Shown piece by piece: positions 31,917-42,926 of a stretch of 64,000 nt of DNA (its first letter is position 1; every line of letters begins with the position of its first letter). The stretch covers positions 1 through 64,000 of the forward strand of contig CAWDRG010000006.1 of the NCBI GenBank assembly GCA_963804645.1, written 5' to 3'. Below the pieces are notes generated by a model. The model was not told the origin of the DNA and searched no databases. It saw nothing but the letters and a program-made list of their open reading frames with translations. This DNA is from an uncultured Bacillota bacterium. Its GTDB lineage: Bacteria > Sysuimicrobiota > Sysuimicrobiia > Sysuimicrobiales > Segetimicrobiaceae. The position numbers and the translations under genes are program-made.

Positions 31917-34187
31917 ATGGCCGTCAAGCCGCCGCGCGCGTCGCAGGAATCCCTCGCGGCGGCCGCCGGGCTCCGGGCGTCGGAGTACGCGGAGATCTGC
32001 CTCCGGCTCGGGCGCGATCCGAGCCCCGCGGAGCTCGGCATGTTCGGCGTTATGTGGAGCGAGCACTGCGCGTACAAGCACAGCAAGGCGGCGCTGCGGC
32101 GGTTCCCCTCGCGCGGGCACGGACTGCTGCGCGGCCCGGGGGAGAACGCGGGCGCCGTGTCCGTCGGCGACGGGTGGGCGGCCGTCTTCAAGATGGAGAG
32201 CCACAACCACCCGAGCGCCGTCGCCCCGTTCCACGGGGCCGCGACGGGCGTCGGCGGCATCATCCGCGACATCCTCGCGATGGGCGCGCGCCCGATGGCG
32301 CTGCTCGACTCGCTCAGATTCGGGCCGCCCGAGGACCGCGCCGTGGCGCCGATCCTGCACGGGGTGATTGCGGGGATCGCGGCGTACGGCAACAGCATCG
32401 GGGTGCCCACGGTCGGCGGCGAGCTCGTCTGCGCGCCGTGCTACCGGCGGAACCCGCTCGTCAACGTCGCGTGCCTCGGTTTGGTGCGCGAGGACCGGAT
32501 CGCCACCTCCCGGGCGTCCGGGCCCGGCAACGCGGTCGTGTACGTGGGGGCGCGGACGGGACGCGACGGCATGCAGGGCGCGGCGTTCGCATCGGCCGAA
32601 CTCGCGGGCGACCCGAAGGACCGCTCGGCGGTGCAGATGGGCGATCCGTTCGCGGGCAAGCTCTTGATCGAGGCGACGCTCGAGGCGCTCGGCACCGGGG
32701 CCGTCGTCGCGGTGCAGGACATGGGCGCCGCGGGGCTCACGTGCGCGCTCTCCGAGATGTCGGCGAAGGGCGGCGTCGGGATGGACGTGGATCTCTCGCT
32801 CGTCCCCCGCCGCGAGGACCGGATGACGCCCGAAGAGGTGCTGCTCTCGGAGTCGCAGGAGCGCATGCTGCTGGTTGTGCAGCAGGGCCGGGAAGACGAC
32901 GTGCTCGGCATCGCGCGCACGTGGGGGCTGTCCGCGGCCGTGATCGGCCGCGTCGTCGAGCCGTCGGTGCTCACGGTGCGGGACGGGGACCGGATCGTCG
33001 CGCACCTGAACCCCCAGTACCTGACCGAGGCGCCCGAGTACGCGCCCGAGGCGGTGGAGCCCGCGTACCTCCAGGAGACCCGGCGTGTGGATCTGTCGGC
33101 GCTGCCGGCGATTCCGCCCTCCGACGCGCTCCTCAGACTGCTCGCCTCCCCCGCGATCGCGCGCAAGCGGTGGGTGTTCCGGCAGTACGACCACATGGTC
33201 CAGACGAACACGGTCGTGCCCCCGGGCGCGGACGCGGCGGTGCTACGGGTGCCGGACGCCGCGCCCCGGGGTCTCGCGCTCGCGGTCGACGGCAACGGCC
33301 GGGCCTGCTACCTCGACCCGCTCGTGGGCGCGATGTGTGCGGTGCTTGAGGCCGCGCAGAACCTGGCGTGCGTCGGGGCGACGCCGGCCGCGGTGACCGA
33401 CTGCCTCAACTTCGCGAATCCCGAGCGCCCGGAGGTGTTCTGGACGTTCCGGCAGGCGGTCGAGGGGATCGCCCGCGCGTGCGAGGCGCTCGACGTGCCG
33501 GTGATCGGCGGCAACGTGAGCTTCTACAACGAGAGCGGGGAAGCGATCTACCCCACGCCGATCGTCGCGATGCTGGGGCGCCTCGACGACGTCCGGCGGC
33601 ACGCGACGCCCGGATGGGTGCGCGACGGCGATCTGATCGTGCTGCTCGGCGGCGCGCCGGCGTGGCTGGACGGCAGCGAGTACCTCGCCACGCTCCACGG
33701 GATGACCGCGGGGCGGCTGCGCGAGCCGGATCTGCTCGGGGTCGCGCGCGTGATCCGCTGTACGCGCGAGGCGGTGGCCGCGGGCCTCGTGGGGAGCGCC
33801 CACGACTGCGCCGACGGCGGCATCGCGGTGGCGCTGGCCGAGTGCTGCCTGCTCGGCGAGCGCGGCGCCCGGGTGGCGCTGCGCGAGGAGGTCGCCGCCC
33901 GCCGGTGCGAGGCGCTGTTCGGCGAGGGGATCGGACGGATCATCGTCTCGCTGCGCCCGGAGTCGGTGCCGGCGCTGGTGGAGCTCGCCCGGCGGCTGTC
34001 GGTGCCCGTGCAGGTGATTGGGATCGTCGGCGGCGAGCGTCTGACGATCGGCACGGACGGGACTCTGGATCAGGCCGGCGGCGTGGGCCGGGTGGGGAAG
34101 CCGACCGAGGCCGGCGGCCCGTGGGTGGATGTGGCGCTCGACCATCTCCGAACGGCCTGGGAGCCGAGTGAGGACGTGGCGCGATGA
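31917..34187 (+). CDS. purL: FGAM synthase subunit PurL
   Basis: [44 protein letters not shown]. Confidence 0.97.
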   Translation: MAVKPPRASQESLAAAAGLRASEYAEICLRLGRDPSPAELGMFGVMWSEHCAYKHSKAALRRFPSRGHGLLRGPGENAGAVSVGDGWAAVFKMESHNHPSAVAPFHGAATGVGGIIRDILAMGARPMALLDSLRFGPPEDRAVAPILHGVIAGIAAYGNSIGVPTVGGELVCAPCYRRNPLVNVACLGLVREDRIATSRASGPGNAVVYVGARTGRDGMQGAAFASAELAGDPKDRSAVQMGDPFAGKLLIEATLEALGTGAVVAVQDMGAAGLTCALSEMSAKGGVGMDVDLSLVPRREDRMTPEEVLLSESQERMLLVVQQGREDDVLGIARTWGLSAAVIGRVVEPSVLTVRDGDRIVAHLNPQYLTEAPEYAPEAVEPAYLQETRRVDLSALPAIPPSDALLRLLASPAIARKRWVFRQYDHMVQTNTVVPPGADAAVLRVPDAAPRGLALAVDGNGRACYLDPLVGAMCAVLEAAQNLACVGATPAAVTDCLNFANPERPEVFWTFRQAVEGIARACEALDVPVIGGNVSFYNESGEAIYPTPIVAMLGRLDDVRRHATPGWVRDGDLIVLLGGAPAWLDGSEYLATLHGMTAGRLREPDLLGVARVIRCTREAVAAGLVGSAHDCADGGIAVALAECCLLGERGARVALREEVAARRCEALFGEGIGRIIVSLRPESVPALVELARRLSVPVQVIGIVGGERLTIGTDGTLDQAGGVGRVGKPTEAGGPWVDVALDHLRTAWEPSEDVAR

Positions 34188-35602
34188 TTCCGTGGGATAA
34201 GCTTCGCGAAGAATGCGGGGTGTTCGGCATCCGGACCCACGGGGTGCCGGCGGCCCCGTACGCCCACCTCGGGCTGTACGCGCTGCAGCACCGCGGCCAG
34301 GAGAGCGCGGGGATCGCGACATTCGACGGGCACGACACGCACCTCCACAAGGCGATGGGCCTCGTGGCGCAGGTGTTCTCGCCCGAGTCCCTCGCGGGGC
34401 TGACCGGGAGCATCGGGGTCGGCCACGTGCGGTACTCGACGATGGGCGGGGCGCGCCTGGAGAACGCCCAGCCGTTTCTCGAGCCGACGCGCTGGGGCAC
34501 CCTCGCGCTCGCGCACAACGGCAACCTGGTCAACGCGCCGATCCTGCGCGCGGAGCTCGAAGCGGGCGGCCACCGGTTTGCCGCGACGTCGGACACCGAG
34601 GTCATCACCAAGCTGATCGCGACGGCGCCGCTCGACACCCTGGAGGAGGCCGTCGCCTACTGCATGGCGCGGATCCAGGGCGCGTACACGGTCGTGGCGA
34701 TGGTCGGGGACCGCCTCCTGGCGTTCCGCGACGCGAACGGGATCCGTCCCCTCGAACTCGGGCGGCTCGGCGACGACGTCGTGTTCGCCTCCGAAACCTG
34801 CGCCTTCGACCACATCGGAGCCGAGCCGGTGCGCGAGGTCCGTCCGGGCGAGCTGCTCGTCGCGGACGAGAGCGGGCTGCGCGAGATCCACGTGCTGCCG
34901 ACGATCCAGCGCGCGTCGTGCGTGTTCGAGTACATCTACTTCGCGCGCCCGGACAGCGTCCTCGAGTCGCGCAGCGTCCATCACGTCCGACGCCGCATGG
35001 GGCGCGTGCTGGCGCGCGAGCATCCGGCGGCGGCGGACATCGTGATCGCCGTGCCCGACTCCGGGACGTCGGCCGCGATGGGATACGCCGAGGCCGCAGG
35101 GATCCCGCACGAAGTCGGGCTGATCAAGAACCGGTACATCGGCCGGACGTTCATTCAGCCCGACCCCGCGCTGCGGGACTTCGGCGTGCGCGTGAAGCTC
35201 AACCCGGTGGCCGACGTCATCGCCGGCCGCCACATCGTGCTGGTCGACGACTCGATCGTGCGGGGGACGACGAGCCGGCAGATCGTGCGCCTCTTGCGCC
35301 GCGCCGGCGCCCGCCAAGTGCACGTGCGCATCTCGTCGCCGCCGATCCGGAACGCCTGCTTCTACGGGATCGACACGAGCAACCGCGGGGAGCTCGTGGC
35401 GGCGCGCCTCGCGGTCGACGAGATCCGGGAAGAGATCGAGGCGGACAGCCTGGGCTATCTCAGCGTCGACGGGTTGGTCGAGGCGCTCGCGCTGCCGCGG
35501 CAGGACCTCTGCCTCGCGTGCCTGACCGGGCGGTACCCGACGGTGACGCCGACCGAGCTCACGGCGGGACGGTTCGCGCTCGAGGCGCCGCAGCGGCGAT
35601 GA
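34184..35602 (+). CDS. purF: Amidophosphoribosyltransferase
   Basis: EECGVFG propeptide/Cys, [27 protein letters not shown]. Confidence 0.97.
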   Translation: MIPWDKLREECGVFGIRTHGVPAAPYAHLGLYALQHRGQESAGIATFDGHDTHLHKAMGLVAQVFSPESLAGLTGSIGVGHVRYSTMGGARLENAQPFLEPTRWGTLALAHNGNLVNAPILRAELEAGGHRFAATSDTEVITKLIATAPLDTLEEAVAYCMARIQGAYTVVAMVGDRLLAFRDANGIRPLELGRLGDDVVFASETCAFDHIGAEPVREVRPGELLVADESGLREIHVLPTIQRASCVFEYIYFARPDSVLESRSVHHVRRRMGRVLAREHPAAADIVIAVPDSGTSAAMGYAEAAGIPHEVGLIKNRYIGRTFIQPDPALRDFGVRVKLNPVADVIAGRHIVLVDDSIVRGTTSRQIVRLLRRAGARQVHVRISSPPIRNACFYGIDTSNRGELVAARLAVDEIREEIEADSLGYLSVDGLVEALALPRQDLCLACLTGRYPTVTPTELTAGRFALEAPQRR

Positions 35603-35685
35603 CCCCCGTGCGCGGCGCGCGGCCGCTGCGGCTGCGGCGGACGCACGAGGCCCTCGGCGCCCCGCGCGGGAAGGCGGCACGCCGG

Positions 35686-36717
35686 ATGACGTACCGGCTT
35701 GCCGGGGTCGACATCAGCGCCAAGGAGGCGATCCTCGCCGAAGCCGGCAGCCTGGTCCGGTCGACGTACCAGGACGGCGTCCTGAACGTCGGCGGCGAGT
35801 TCGCGGGGCTGTTCCGCCTCGGCCGCTACCGCGATCCCGTGCTGGTGAGCTCGGTCGACGGCGTCGGCACCAAGACGCTGCTCGCCGGGCTGCTCGACCG
35901 CTGGGACGTGATCGGCGCCGATATCGTGTCGCACGGCGCGAACGACGTGCTGTGCCACGGCGCCGCCCCGCTGTTCATGCTGGACTACGTGGCCTCGGAG
36001 CGCCTCGACGGCCGCGCCGTCACGGCGATCATCGAGGGGCTCGCCGCCGCGTGCCGCCGGATCGGGGTCGCGCTGCTCGGCGGGGAGACCGCGGAGATGC
36101 CGGGGATCTACCGGCCGCAGCAGATCGATGTGGTCGGGTGCACCGTCGGCGCCGTCGAGCGCGAGCGCCTGCTCACCGGGCGGGAGATCCAGCCGGGCGA
36201 TGCCGTGGTCGGGATCGCGAGCGACGGCCTCCACACGAACGGGTACTCGCTCGCCCGCGCCGTCCTGCTGCCGGCCGGCGGGACGGGGGCCGCGGCGCGC
36301 CGCGCGCTCGACCGCGTGCCGCCCGGCTTCTCCGAGCCGCTCGGCGACGTGCTGATGCGTCCGCACCGCTGCTACGCCCCGCCGGTGCTCGCTCTCCTCG
36401 AGCGCGTGCGGGTCCGGGGGATCGCCCACATCACGGGCGGCGGCATCGCCGGGAACCTGGTGCGCGTGCTGCCGCGGGGCTGCCGCGCCGTCGTCGCGCG
36501 GCGGTGGCCGGTGCCTCCGGTGTTCGCGCTGCTGCAGAGCCGGGGCGGGCTGACCGACGCCGAGATGTTTCGGACGTTCAACATGGGGATCGGCATGATG
36601 CTCGTCGTCGCGCGGGCGGACGCCGACGCGGCGGCGGCCGCCCTCGAGCGGTCGGGCGAGCAGGCGTGGGTGGTGGGGGAGATCCGGCGGGGGTCGCGGG
36701 GCGTCGAGATTGGCTAG
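35686..36717 (+). CDS. purM: AIR synthetase (alternative start 35599)
   Basis: YRLAGVD, DGVGTK, GGETAEMPG, GLHTNGYSL, HITGGG, TFNMGIG. Confidence 0.96.
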   Translation: MTYRLAGVDISAKEAILAEAGSLVRSTYQDGVLNVGGEFAGLFRLGRYRDPVLVSSVDGVGTKTLLAGLLDRWDVIGADIVSHGANDVLCHGAAPLFMLDYVASERLDGRAVTAIIEGLAAACRRIGVALLGGETAEMPGIYRPQQIDVVGCTVGAVERERLLTGREIQPGDAVVGIASDGLHTNGYSLARAVLLPAGGTGAAARRALDRVPPGFSEPLGDVLMRPHRCYAPPVLALLERVRVRGIAHITGGGIAGNLVRVLPRGCRAVVARRWPVPPVFALLQSRGGLTDAEMFRTFNMGIGMMLVVARADADAAAAALERSGEQAWVVGEIRRGSRGVEIG

Positions 36718-37381
36718 CGCGCTGCGCGTCGGGGTGCTGGTCTCCGGCACGGGGACGACGCTGCAGGCCCTCATCGACGCGTGCCGGCGCGGCGAGGTGC
36801 CGGCCGAGATCGCGCTCGTCGCGAGCAACGTCCCGGGCGCGTACGCGCTCGAGCGCGCGCGCGGCGCCGGGATCCCGACCGTGGTGATCCCGCACCGCGG
36901 GTACGGCACGCCGGCGGCGTTCGAGGCCGCGCTGCGGGACGCGCTCACGGCGGCGCGGGTCGACCTCGTGTGTCTTGCGGGGTTTCTGCGGATCCTGTCG
37001 CCCACGTTTGTCGCGGCGTTCGCGGGCCGCCTGATCAACGTCCATCCGTCGCTGCTGCCGGCGTTCGGGGGCAAGGGGATGTACGGCGATCGCGTCCACG
37101 ACGCGGTGCTCAAGTCCGGCGCGCGCATCACGGGCTGCACGATCCATTTCGTGACGGACGTCCCGGACTCGGGGCCGATCATCGCGCAGGCCGCCGTGCC
37201 GGTCGAGGACGACGACACGACCGCGTCGCTCGCGGCGCGGGTGCGGCGGGAGGAGCTGCGGCTGTACCCCGACGCGGTGCGCCTCTTCGCCGAGGACCGC
37301 CTCCGGATCGAAGGCAACCGCGTGCGGATCCTCGAGGCCCGCACGTCCTCGGGCGCGCGTCAGACCCCGGGGCGTTCGTGA
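36710..37381 (+). CDS. purN: GAR transformylase
   Basis: SGTGTTLQA, LAGFLRIL, NVHPSLLPAF, GCTIHFV, DSGPII. Confidence 0.96.
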   Translation: MASALRVGVLVSGTGTTLQALIDACRRGEVPAEIALVASNVPGAYALERARGAGIPTVVIPHRGYGTPAAFEAALRDALTAARVDLVCLAGFLRILSPTFVAAFAGRLINVHPSLLPAFGGKGMYGDRVHDAVLKSGARITGCTIHFVTDVPDSGPIIAQAAVPVEDDDTTASLAARVRREELRLYPDAVRLFAEDRLRIEGNRVRILEARTSSGARQTPGRS

Positions 37382-37427
37382 CCGGGGATTCCGGCCGCGG
37401 GCGCGGCCAGTCAAGCGAGGCGGGGCG

Positions 37428-38960
37428 ATGAACGTCAAGCGTGCACTGCTGAGCGTGGCCGACAAGCGCGGCATCGTCGAGTTCGCCGCGGGCCTGGCGG
37501 CGCTCGGGGCGGAGATCATTTCGACGGGCGGCACCGCGGCGGCCCTGCAGGCGGCCGAGGTGCCGGTGACCCCGCTCGCGGACGTGACCGGATTTCCGGA
37601 GATCCTCGGCGGGCGGGTCAAGACGCTGCATCCCGCGGTGCACGGCGGGCTGCTGGCCGTGCGCGGTGACGCCGCGCACGACGCGGATCTCGCGCGGCAC
37701 GCCATCCGTCCAATCGACCTGGTCGCCGTTACCCTGTATCCGTTCGAGGCGGCGCTCGCCCGCGGCGCGGGGCGCCCCGAGATGATCGAGGAGATCGACA
37801 TCGGGGGCGTGACGCTGCTGCGCGCGGCCGCGAAGAACGCCGATGGGGTCGCCGTCCTCAGCGATCCGGCGCAGTACGGCCCGGTCCTCGACGAGTTGCG
37901 CGAGACCGGGACCCTCGGGGACGAGACCCGGCGGCGGCTCGCGGCCGGCGCGTTCGCGCGCACGAGCGCCTACGATGCCGCGATCGCGCGGTACCTCGGC
38001 GGGGACGCGTTTCCGGAGCGGCTGGCGCTCGGGTTCGAGAAGGTCCAGGACTGCCGGTACGGGGAGAACCCGCATCAGCGCGGGGCGTTTTATCGTGAGC
38101 CCGGCGTCCGCGCCCCGTCGGTCGCCACGGCCCGGCAGCTCGGCGGGAAGGAACTGTCGTACAACAACATCTATGATCTCGACGCGGCCCTCGAGTTGGT
38201 GCGCGAGTTCCGCGATCCGACCGCGGTCGTCGTGAAGCACGGCATCCCGTGCGGCGTCGGCACCGGGGACGTGCTGCGCACCGCGTACCTGAACGCGCGC
38301 GAGGGCGACCCGATGTCCGCGTTCGGCGGGATCGTGGCGGTGAACCGCCCGGTCGACGCGGCGACGGCCGAGGCGCTGACGGAGACCTTTCTGGAGGCGG
38401 TAATCGCGCCCGGGTACGACGACGCGGCGCTCGCCGTGCTCGCCCGCAAGAAGAACTTGAGAGTCATGGAGGTCGGGCCACTCGATCGCACGGCGGAGCC
38501 CTGGGGGTTGGACCTGCGCCGCGTGCGGGGCGGCCTGCTGGTCCAGGACCGCGACCTGCTGGATCTCGACGAGTCGTTCCTGAAGGTCGTGACGTCCCGC
38601 GCGCCGACGCCGACCGAGTGGGCCGATCTCCGGTTTGCGTGGACGGTGTGCCGGTACGTCCGGTCGAACGCGATCGTGCTGGCGCGCGACCGCCAGGTCG
38701 TCGGCGTCGGCTCGGGCCAGATGAACCGGGTCGAGCCCGTCCGCCTCGCCACCAAACAGGCCGGCGATCGGGCTCGCGGGGCCGCGATGGCGTCGGAGGC
38801 GTTCTTCCCGTTTCCGGACGCGGTCGAAGTCGCGATCGCGGCGGGGGTGACCGCCGTCATGCACCCCGGCGGGTCGCTGCGGGACGCCGAGGTCGCCGCG
38901 GCCGCCGAGGCCGCGGGCATCGCGATGGTCACGACCGGGATCCGGCACTTCCGGCATTGA
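37428..38960 (+). CDS. purH: AICAR transformylase / IMP cyclohydrolase
   Basis: ALLSVADK, STGGT, GRVKTLHP, IDIGG, YGENPHQ, GIRHFRH. Confidence 0.97.
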   Translation: MNVKRALLSVADKRGIVEFAAGLAALGAEIISTGGTAAALQAAEVPVTPLADVTGFPEILGGRVKTLHPAVHGGLLAVRGDAAHDADLARHAIRPIDLVAVTLYPFEAALARGAGRPEMIEEIDIGGVTLLRAAAKNADGVAVLSDPAQYGPVLDELRETGTLGDETRRRLAAGAFARTSAYDAAIARYLGGDAFPERLALGFEKVQDCRYGENPHQRGAFYREPGVRAPSVATARQLGGKELSYNNIYDLDAALELVREFRDPTAVVVKHGIPCGVGTGDVLRTAYLNAREGDPMSAFGGIVAVNRPVDAATAEALTETFLEAVIAPGYDDAALAVLARKKNLRVMEVGPLDRTAEPWGLDLRRVRGGLLVQDRDLLDLDESFLKVVTSRAPTPTEWADLRFAWTVCRYVRSNAIVLARDRQVVGVGSGQMNRVEPVRLATKQAGDRARGAAMASEAFFPFPDAVEVAIAAGVTAVMHPGGSLRDAEVAAAAEAAGIAMVTTGIRHFRH

Positions 38961-38979
38961 CCCCGGACGGTGTGCGCGC

Positions 38980-39906
38980 GTGGTGACCGTGACCGCCCGC
39001 GCGCTGATCGTCGCCGCCGGCGTGGGACGGCGGCTCGGTTCCCACACCCGGCGGCGCCCCAAGCCGCTGATCTACGTCGCGGGACGGCCGATCCTGGCCC
39101 ACCTGCTGGACCCGCTCCCCGCGGTCGGGATCACGGACGTGGTCGTTGTGGTCGGATATCTCCGCGAGCAGATCGAGGCGTACCTGCGCGCGCGGCCGGG
39201 GCCGCCGGCGCGGGTGGTCGTGCAGGAGGAGGCGCTCGGGAACGGGCACGCAGTGTACGCCGCGCGCGAGTGGCTGCGCGGCCCGCTCCTGATCCAATTC
39301 GGAGACACGATCCCGGCGCTGGACCTGTCCGGACTGATCGCGCAGCCGACGGCGGCGATCGGCGTGACCGAAGTGCAAGACCCGAGCGGCTACGGGATCG
39401 TCGACGTGGACGCCGGAGGCCGCGCGCGGCGGCTCTGGGAGAAGCCGGCGCATCCGCCGTCCAATCTCGCGGTCGCGGGGACGTTCTACTTTCCCGACGC
39501 CGCGCCCCTCGGCGAGGCGCTTGACCTCATGATTCGGACCGGCGCGTCGCGCGACGGCGAGTTCTGGCTGACCGATGCGGTGCAGGCGGTCATCGAGCGG
39601 GGCGGCGCGGTGCGGACGTTTCCGGTGGAGCGGTTCTACGACTGCGGGACAGTCGATCGGGTGCTCGTCGCCAATCGCGAGCTGCTGGACGCGAGCGGGT
39701 CGACCGCGAGCGTCCCGGGATCCACGGTCGTCCCGCCGTGCGCGATCGATCCTCGGGCCGTGATCCGCGACGCCTGGATCGGTCCCCACGTGACCGTGAC
39801 GGCCGGCGCGCGGATTTCCCGCGCGCGCGTGCGCGACGCGATCGTGCACCCCGGCGCCGTGGTGGAGAACGCCGACGTGACGCACGCGATCATCGACGAG
39901 CCGTAG
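38980..39906 (+). CDS. Sugar-phosphate nucleotidyltransferase with C-terminal hexapeptide-like tail
   Basis: AAGVGRRL, PKPL, LGNGHAV, GDT, EKP, GEFWLTDA, FYDCG. Confidence 0.88.
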   Translation: MVTVTARALIVAAGVGRRLGSHTRRRPKPLIYVAGRPILAHLLDPLPAVGITDVVVVVGYLREQIEAYLRARPGPPARVVVQEEALGNGHAVYAAREWLRGPLLIQFGDTIPALDLSGLIAQPTAAIGVTEVQDPSGYGIVDVDAGGRARRLWEKPAHPPSNLAVAGTFYFPDAAPLGEALDLMIRTGASRDGEFWLTDAVQAVIERGGAVRTFPVERFYDCGTVDRVLVANRELLDASGSTASVPGSTVVPPCAIDPRAVIRDAWIGPHVTVTAGARISRARVRDAIVHPGAVVENADVTHAIIDEP

Positions 39907-39909
39907 CGG

Positions 39910-40623
39910 CTATCGCAGGGGGCGGAGCGCGCGCTTGAACATGGAGCGGAGCGGCAGGACGCGCGCGACCGTGCGCGCGCGATCGTAGTGAGATAGCGCG
40001 GCCAGCACGAGGACGTCCCGGAGGGATTTCTTCGCGGCCGAGGACTTGGTCGCGTACACGATCGAGTCCACGATGCCGAGTGCCGAGTACTGCGGGTCCC
40101 CGAACACCTTGCGGACGACCCGGGGCAGGTCGCCCTGGGTCGCGTCGTGGAATGCGACCACGCCGCCGTCGACCACCCACGGGGTGAACAGCGCGGCGTC
40201 CTGCAGCGCGCCCGCGTACGAGTGGTCGCCGTCGATCCACAGCAGGGCGATCGGCCGGGTCCAGCGGGCGCCGACGGCCGCGGAGAACTCGGGGATCTGG
40301 GTCACGAGATCGGCGACGCCGGCGCGCGCGATATTCTGCTCGAAAACCGGCAGGGTCGACGCACCCTCGTGGTGGGCGGCCTGGGTGTCCGTCTCGTGGG
40401 GATCGATCGCCGAGATCGGGATGCGCCGTCCCGCCTTCGAGCCCAGTCCGAGGCAGACCGTGGACTTTCCTTTGAACGAGCCGATCTCGACGATCTCGCC
40501 GGGGACGGCGCACGAGTGCGCGGCATGGTAGAGGAACGCCGCCTCTCGATCGGTGAGCCATCCCTCCACCGCATCGATCTGCGACTTGATCGAGTGATCC
40601 AGCGCGTCGGTCATGCCAGCCAC
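39910..40623 (-). CDS. Class I SAM-dependent methyltransferase (Methyltransf_24-like)
   Basis: VEIGSFKGKST, AIDPH, LWIDGDHSY, GGVVAFHD. Confidence 0.88.
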   Translation of the reverse strand: MAGMTDALDHSIKSQIDAVEGWLTDREAAFLYHAAHSCAVPGEIVEIGSFKGKSTVCLGLGSKAGRRIPISAIDPHETDTQAAHHEGASTLPVFEQNIARAGVADLVTQIPEFSAAVGARWTRPIALLWIDGDHSYAGALQDAALFTPWVVDGGVVAFHDATQGDLPRVVRKVFGDPQYSALGIVDSIVYATKSSAAKKSLRDVLVLAALSHYDRARTVARVLPLRSMFKRALRPLR

Positions 40624-40985
40624 GGCCGTCGGGACACCCCTCGATGGCGATCGTTTGCAGCGTATCGGTGTCCGCTTCGGCGCGCACCGACACGTTCCCG
40701 ATTATATCAGGTGCCCGCGGGAGGCGGATTGACCGCGCGCCTCGACGGGCCCTTCGGAACCGGCTGCGCCGTGGGTGCGCGTTGAGGGCACCCGCGGCCG
40801 GCTGTGGGGTCATAACAGGTTGGATCAGTTGGATCAGTCAGCGATTTCGCAAAGGACCAGTAGCAAGTGACAGGCGCGCTCAATAGAATCAGCGGCGTTT
40901 CGTCAGATCGCCTGCCGCACGGCATTTTTGCATTTGCGGACGCGGCTTGCATTCCAACGAATCTTGTGCTATTATATTAAACAAG

Positions 40986-41375
40986 ATGACTCGAGGACGG
41001 CTGCGACTCGATTACAAGGCGCCGCAGGGCGAGGAGGCCGCGCGCCTGCGCCAGCGGAAGCGCGCCTTGGTCCAGCGGCAGTGTCACCTGCCCGAGACCC
41101 TCGACACCATGTTGCCCGGGTCCCTGACCTTGAGCCATGTGCGGTGCGGAAAACCGAACTGTCACTGTGCGACGGGCGACGGCCATCCCAACTGGACGCT
41201 CGGGTATATGCTCGACCGGAAGCCCCGCGTCCAGCACATCCCGCGCGCGTGGGCAGACGACATTCGGGCACGGGTGGACGCGGGGCGGGCATTTCAAGAT
41301 GCCGTGCGCGAGGTGTTGGCGACCAACGTGCAGTTGCTCGTCCTGGCGCGCAAGCAACGGCGGAAGGCCCCGTAG
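40986..41375 (+). CDS. IS accessory protein, DUF6788-like (Cys/His-rich)
   Basis: LPGSL....RCGKPNCHCATGDGHP motif. Confidence 0.8.
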   Translation: MTRGRLRLDYKAPQGEEAARLRQRKRALVQRQCHLPETLDTMLPGSLTLSHVRCGKPNCHCATGDGHPNWTLGYMLDRKPRVQHIPRAWADDIRARVDAGRAFQDAVREVLATNVQLLVLARKQRRKAP

Positions 41376-41377
41376 CG

Positions 41378-42637
41378 GTGGGGCGGCACGAGATCGAGGC
41401 CTACGTCGAGAAAATCTTCGATTGGTCGGCGCTGCTGACCCGTCTGCCGGACGGGCGACGGCACCCGCAGCACTCGTGCCAGAAGGTCTTCGCCGCGGTG
41501 TTCTGGGGCGCGGTTGGGCGGATCCCGAGCTTCCATCAGTTGGAGTATGAGTGCAGAGCCGGGGGGCTGCGTCATCGCATTGGGCCGCTCAGTGAGGACA
41601 CGCTGCGCTACACCCTCGAGCGCGTGGCGCCTGAGGCAGTGTTCGCGCTGGGCTGCGAAGTCGCGCGACGGCTGAAGCGCAATGGGGTCCTGCGCACGGA
41701 TGCCGCGCAAGGCTTGATCGTGGCCGCAGTGGACGGGATCGAGCTTTGTCAGTCCTACGTCCGCTGCTGCGACAGGTGTCTGGAGCGGATGGTAGACCGC
41801 CTGGTCGATGGCGTGCAGCAGACGGCCGTGCAATATTATCACCGCATGGTGGCCGTCGTCATTGTGAGCACCGCGTTTCCGATTCCGCTGGGGATTCGCT
41901 TTCAGGCGCCGGGCGAAGGCGAAGTCCCGTGTGCGCATGCGCTGCTGGAGGAGCTCGTGGAGCGGCTGGGCCGGCGGTTCGTGGACGTGCTGGTGGGGGA
42001 TGCGCTCTATCTGGGCAAACCGTTCATCGACGCCATCGAAGCGCTCGGGCTCGATTGGGTGTGCAACATTAAAGACAATCAGGCCGAGTTGCTGGCGGAA
42101 CTGGAGCGCCGGGTGACGGGGGTGACGCCGGGCGAGGTGCGCACACCTGACGCCGCGACGCAGTGCTGGCATGTCCCCGATGTCTCATGGTTGGCGGGAG
42201 ACCGGTCCGTGCGCTGCCTCAAGGAGGTGCGGCAGGAGGCGCAGACGCGGCTGCGGGTCGAGGGCGAAGGGGGGCACCGGACGCGGCGCAAAACGGTGGT
42301 GTGGGAAGAGAGCATGAACCTGTACGCGAGCAACCTTGATGTGCTGGCGTGTTCCCCAACGGGGCTGGCGGCGCTGGGGCGCTCGCGGTGGCGCATTGAT
42401 ACTGAAGTCTTCCAGACGCTGACGAAAGAGTGCCAGCTCAAGCATCCGGCGGTGCACCAGCAGCACGATCAAGCCTTCATGGTGCTCACCATGATTCGCA
42501 TTCTGGCCTATACGCTGCTGCTGGTCTTCTTTCATCGCCAGGTGCTGAGTCACGCCCGCCACACGCCGCCGACTCTCTGCCAGGTTGCGACCCAAGTCGT
42601 CCCAGCGTTCGCCCAGGTGCACCCCGACTCGAGTTGA
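41378..42637 (+). CDS. DDE transposase
   Basis: LPDGRRHP, AAVDG, CCDRC, GEGEV, VGDALY, IKDNQ, RSRWRIDTE. Confidence 0.88.
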   Translation: MGRHEIEAYVEKIFDWSALLTRLPDGRRHPQHSCQKVFAAVFWGAVGRIPSFHQLEYECRAGGLRHRIGPLSEDTLRYTLERVAPEAVFALGCEVARRLKRNGVLRTDAAQGLIVAAVDGIELCQSYVRCCDRCLERMVDRLVDGVQQTAVQYYHRMVAVVIVSTAFPIPLGIRFQAPGEGEVPCAHALLEELVERLGRRFVDVLVGDALYLGKPFIDAIEALGLDWVCNIKDNQAELLAELERRVTGVTPGEVRTPDAATQCWHVPDVSWLAGDRSVRCLKEVRQEAQTRLRVEGEGGHRTRRKTVVWEESMNLYASNLDVLACSPTGLAALGRSRWRIDTEVFQTLTKECQLKHPAVHQQHDQAFMVLTMIRILAYTLLLVFFHRQVLSHARHTPPTLCQVATQVVPAFAQVHPDSS

Positions 42638-42850
42638 CCGGCAGCGCCGGGATGCCCATGGTCCGGAGTCGCGACTCGGACTCTTCGGTCCTCTCTCCGT
42701 CATCAGGTCCCACCGTTCCCGTTCGCTCACTCGTGCAGCTGCGAATCTACCGCAAGACTGTTCGATCGGCTTGTATGCCGCCCCGAGACCAGCAGGCGTC
42801 TGGCTTCCCCCTGTCCATTTGCGAAATCGCTGTTGGATCAGTGGAAGCGC

Positions 42851-42878
42851 TTGACATTGTGCAAGGATCGGGTATACT
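42851..42878 (+). promoter_or_regulatory. Near-consensus sigma70 promoter
   Basis: TTGACA-16 bp-TATACT. Confidence 0.7.
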
Positions 42879-42926
42879 GATGAAGACAGGATTCTGACCA
42901 GGCAAGTCCAATGGGGGACTGTCAAG

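Larger units (their letters stand above)
40839..42832 (+). mobile_element. Two-ORF insertion sequence (ISAs1-like DDE), 15-bp perfect IR, 10-bp target duplication
   Basis: IR CAGCGATTTCGCAAA at 40839 and its complement ending 42832; TTGGATCAGT at 40829-40838 and 42833-42842. Confidence 0.92.

Noticed and set aside
42880..42925. tRNA-Gln fragment or MKTGF leader peptide
   Set aside because: No cloverleaf forms, and the ATG lies only 1 nt after the -10 box, upstream of the expected TSS.
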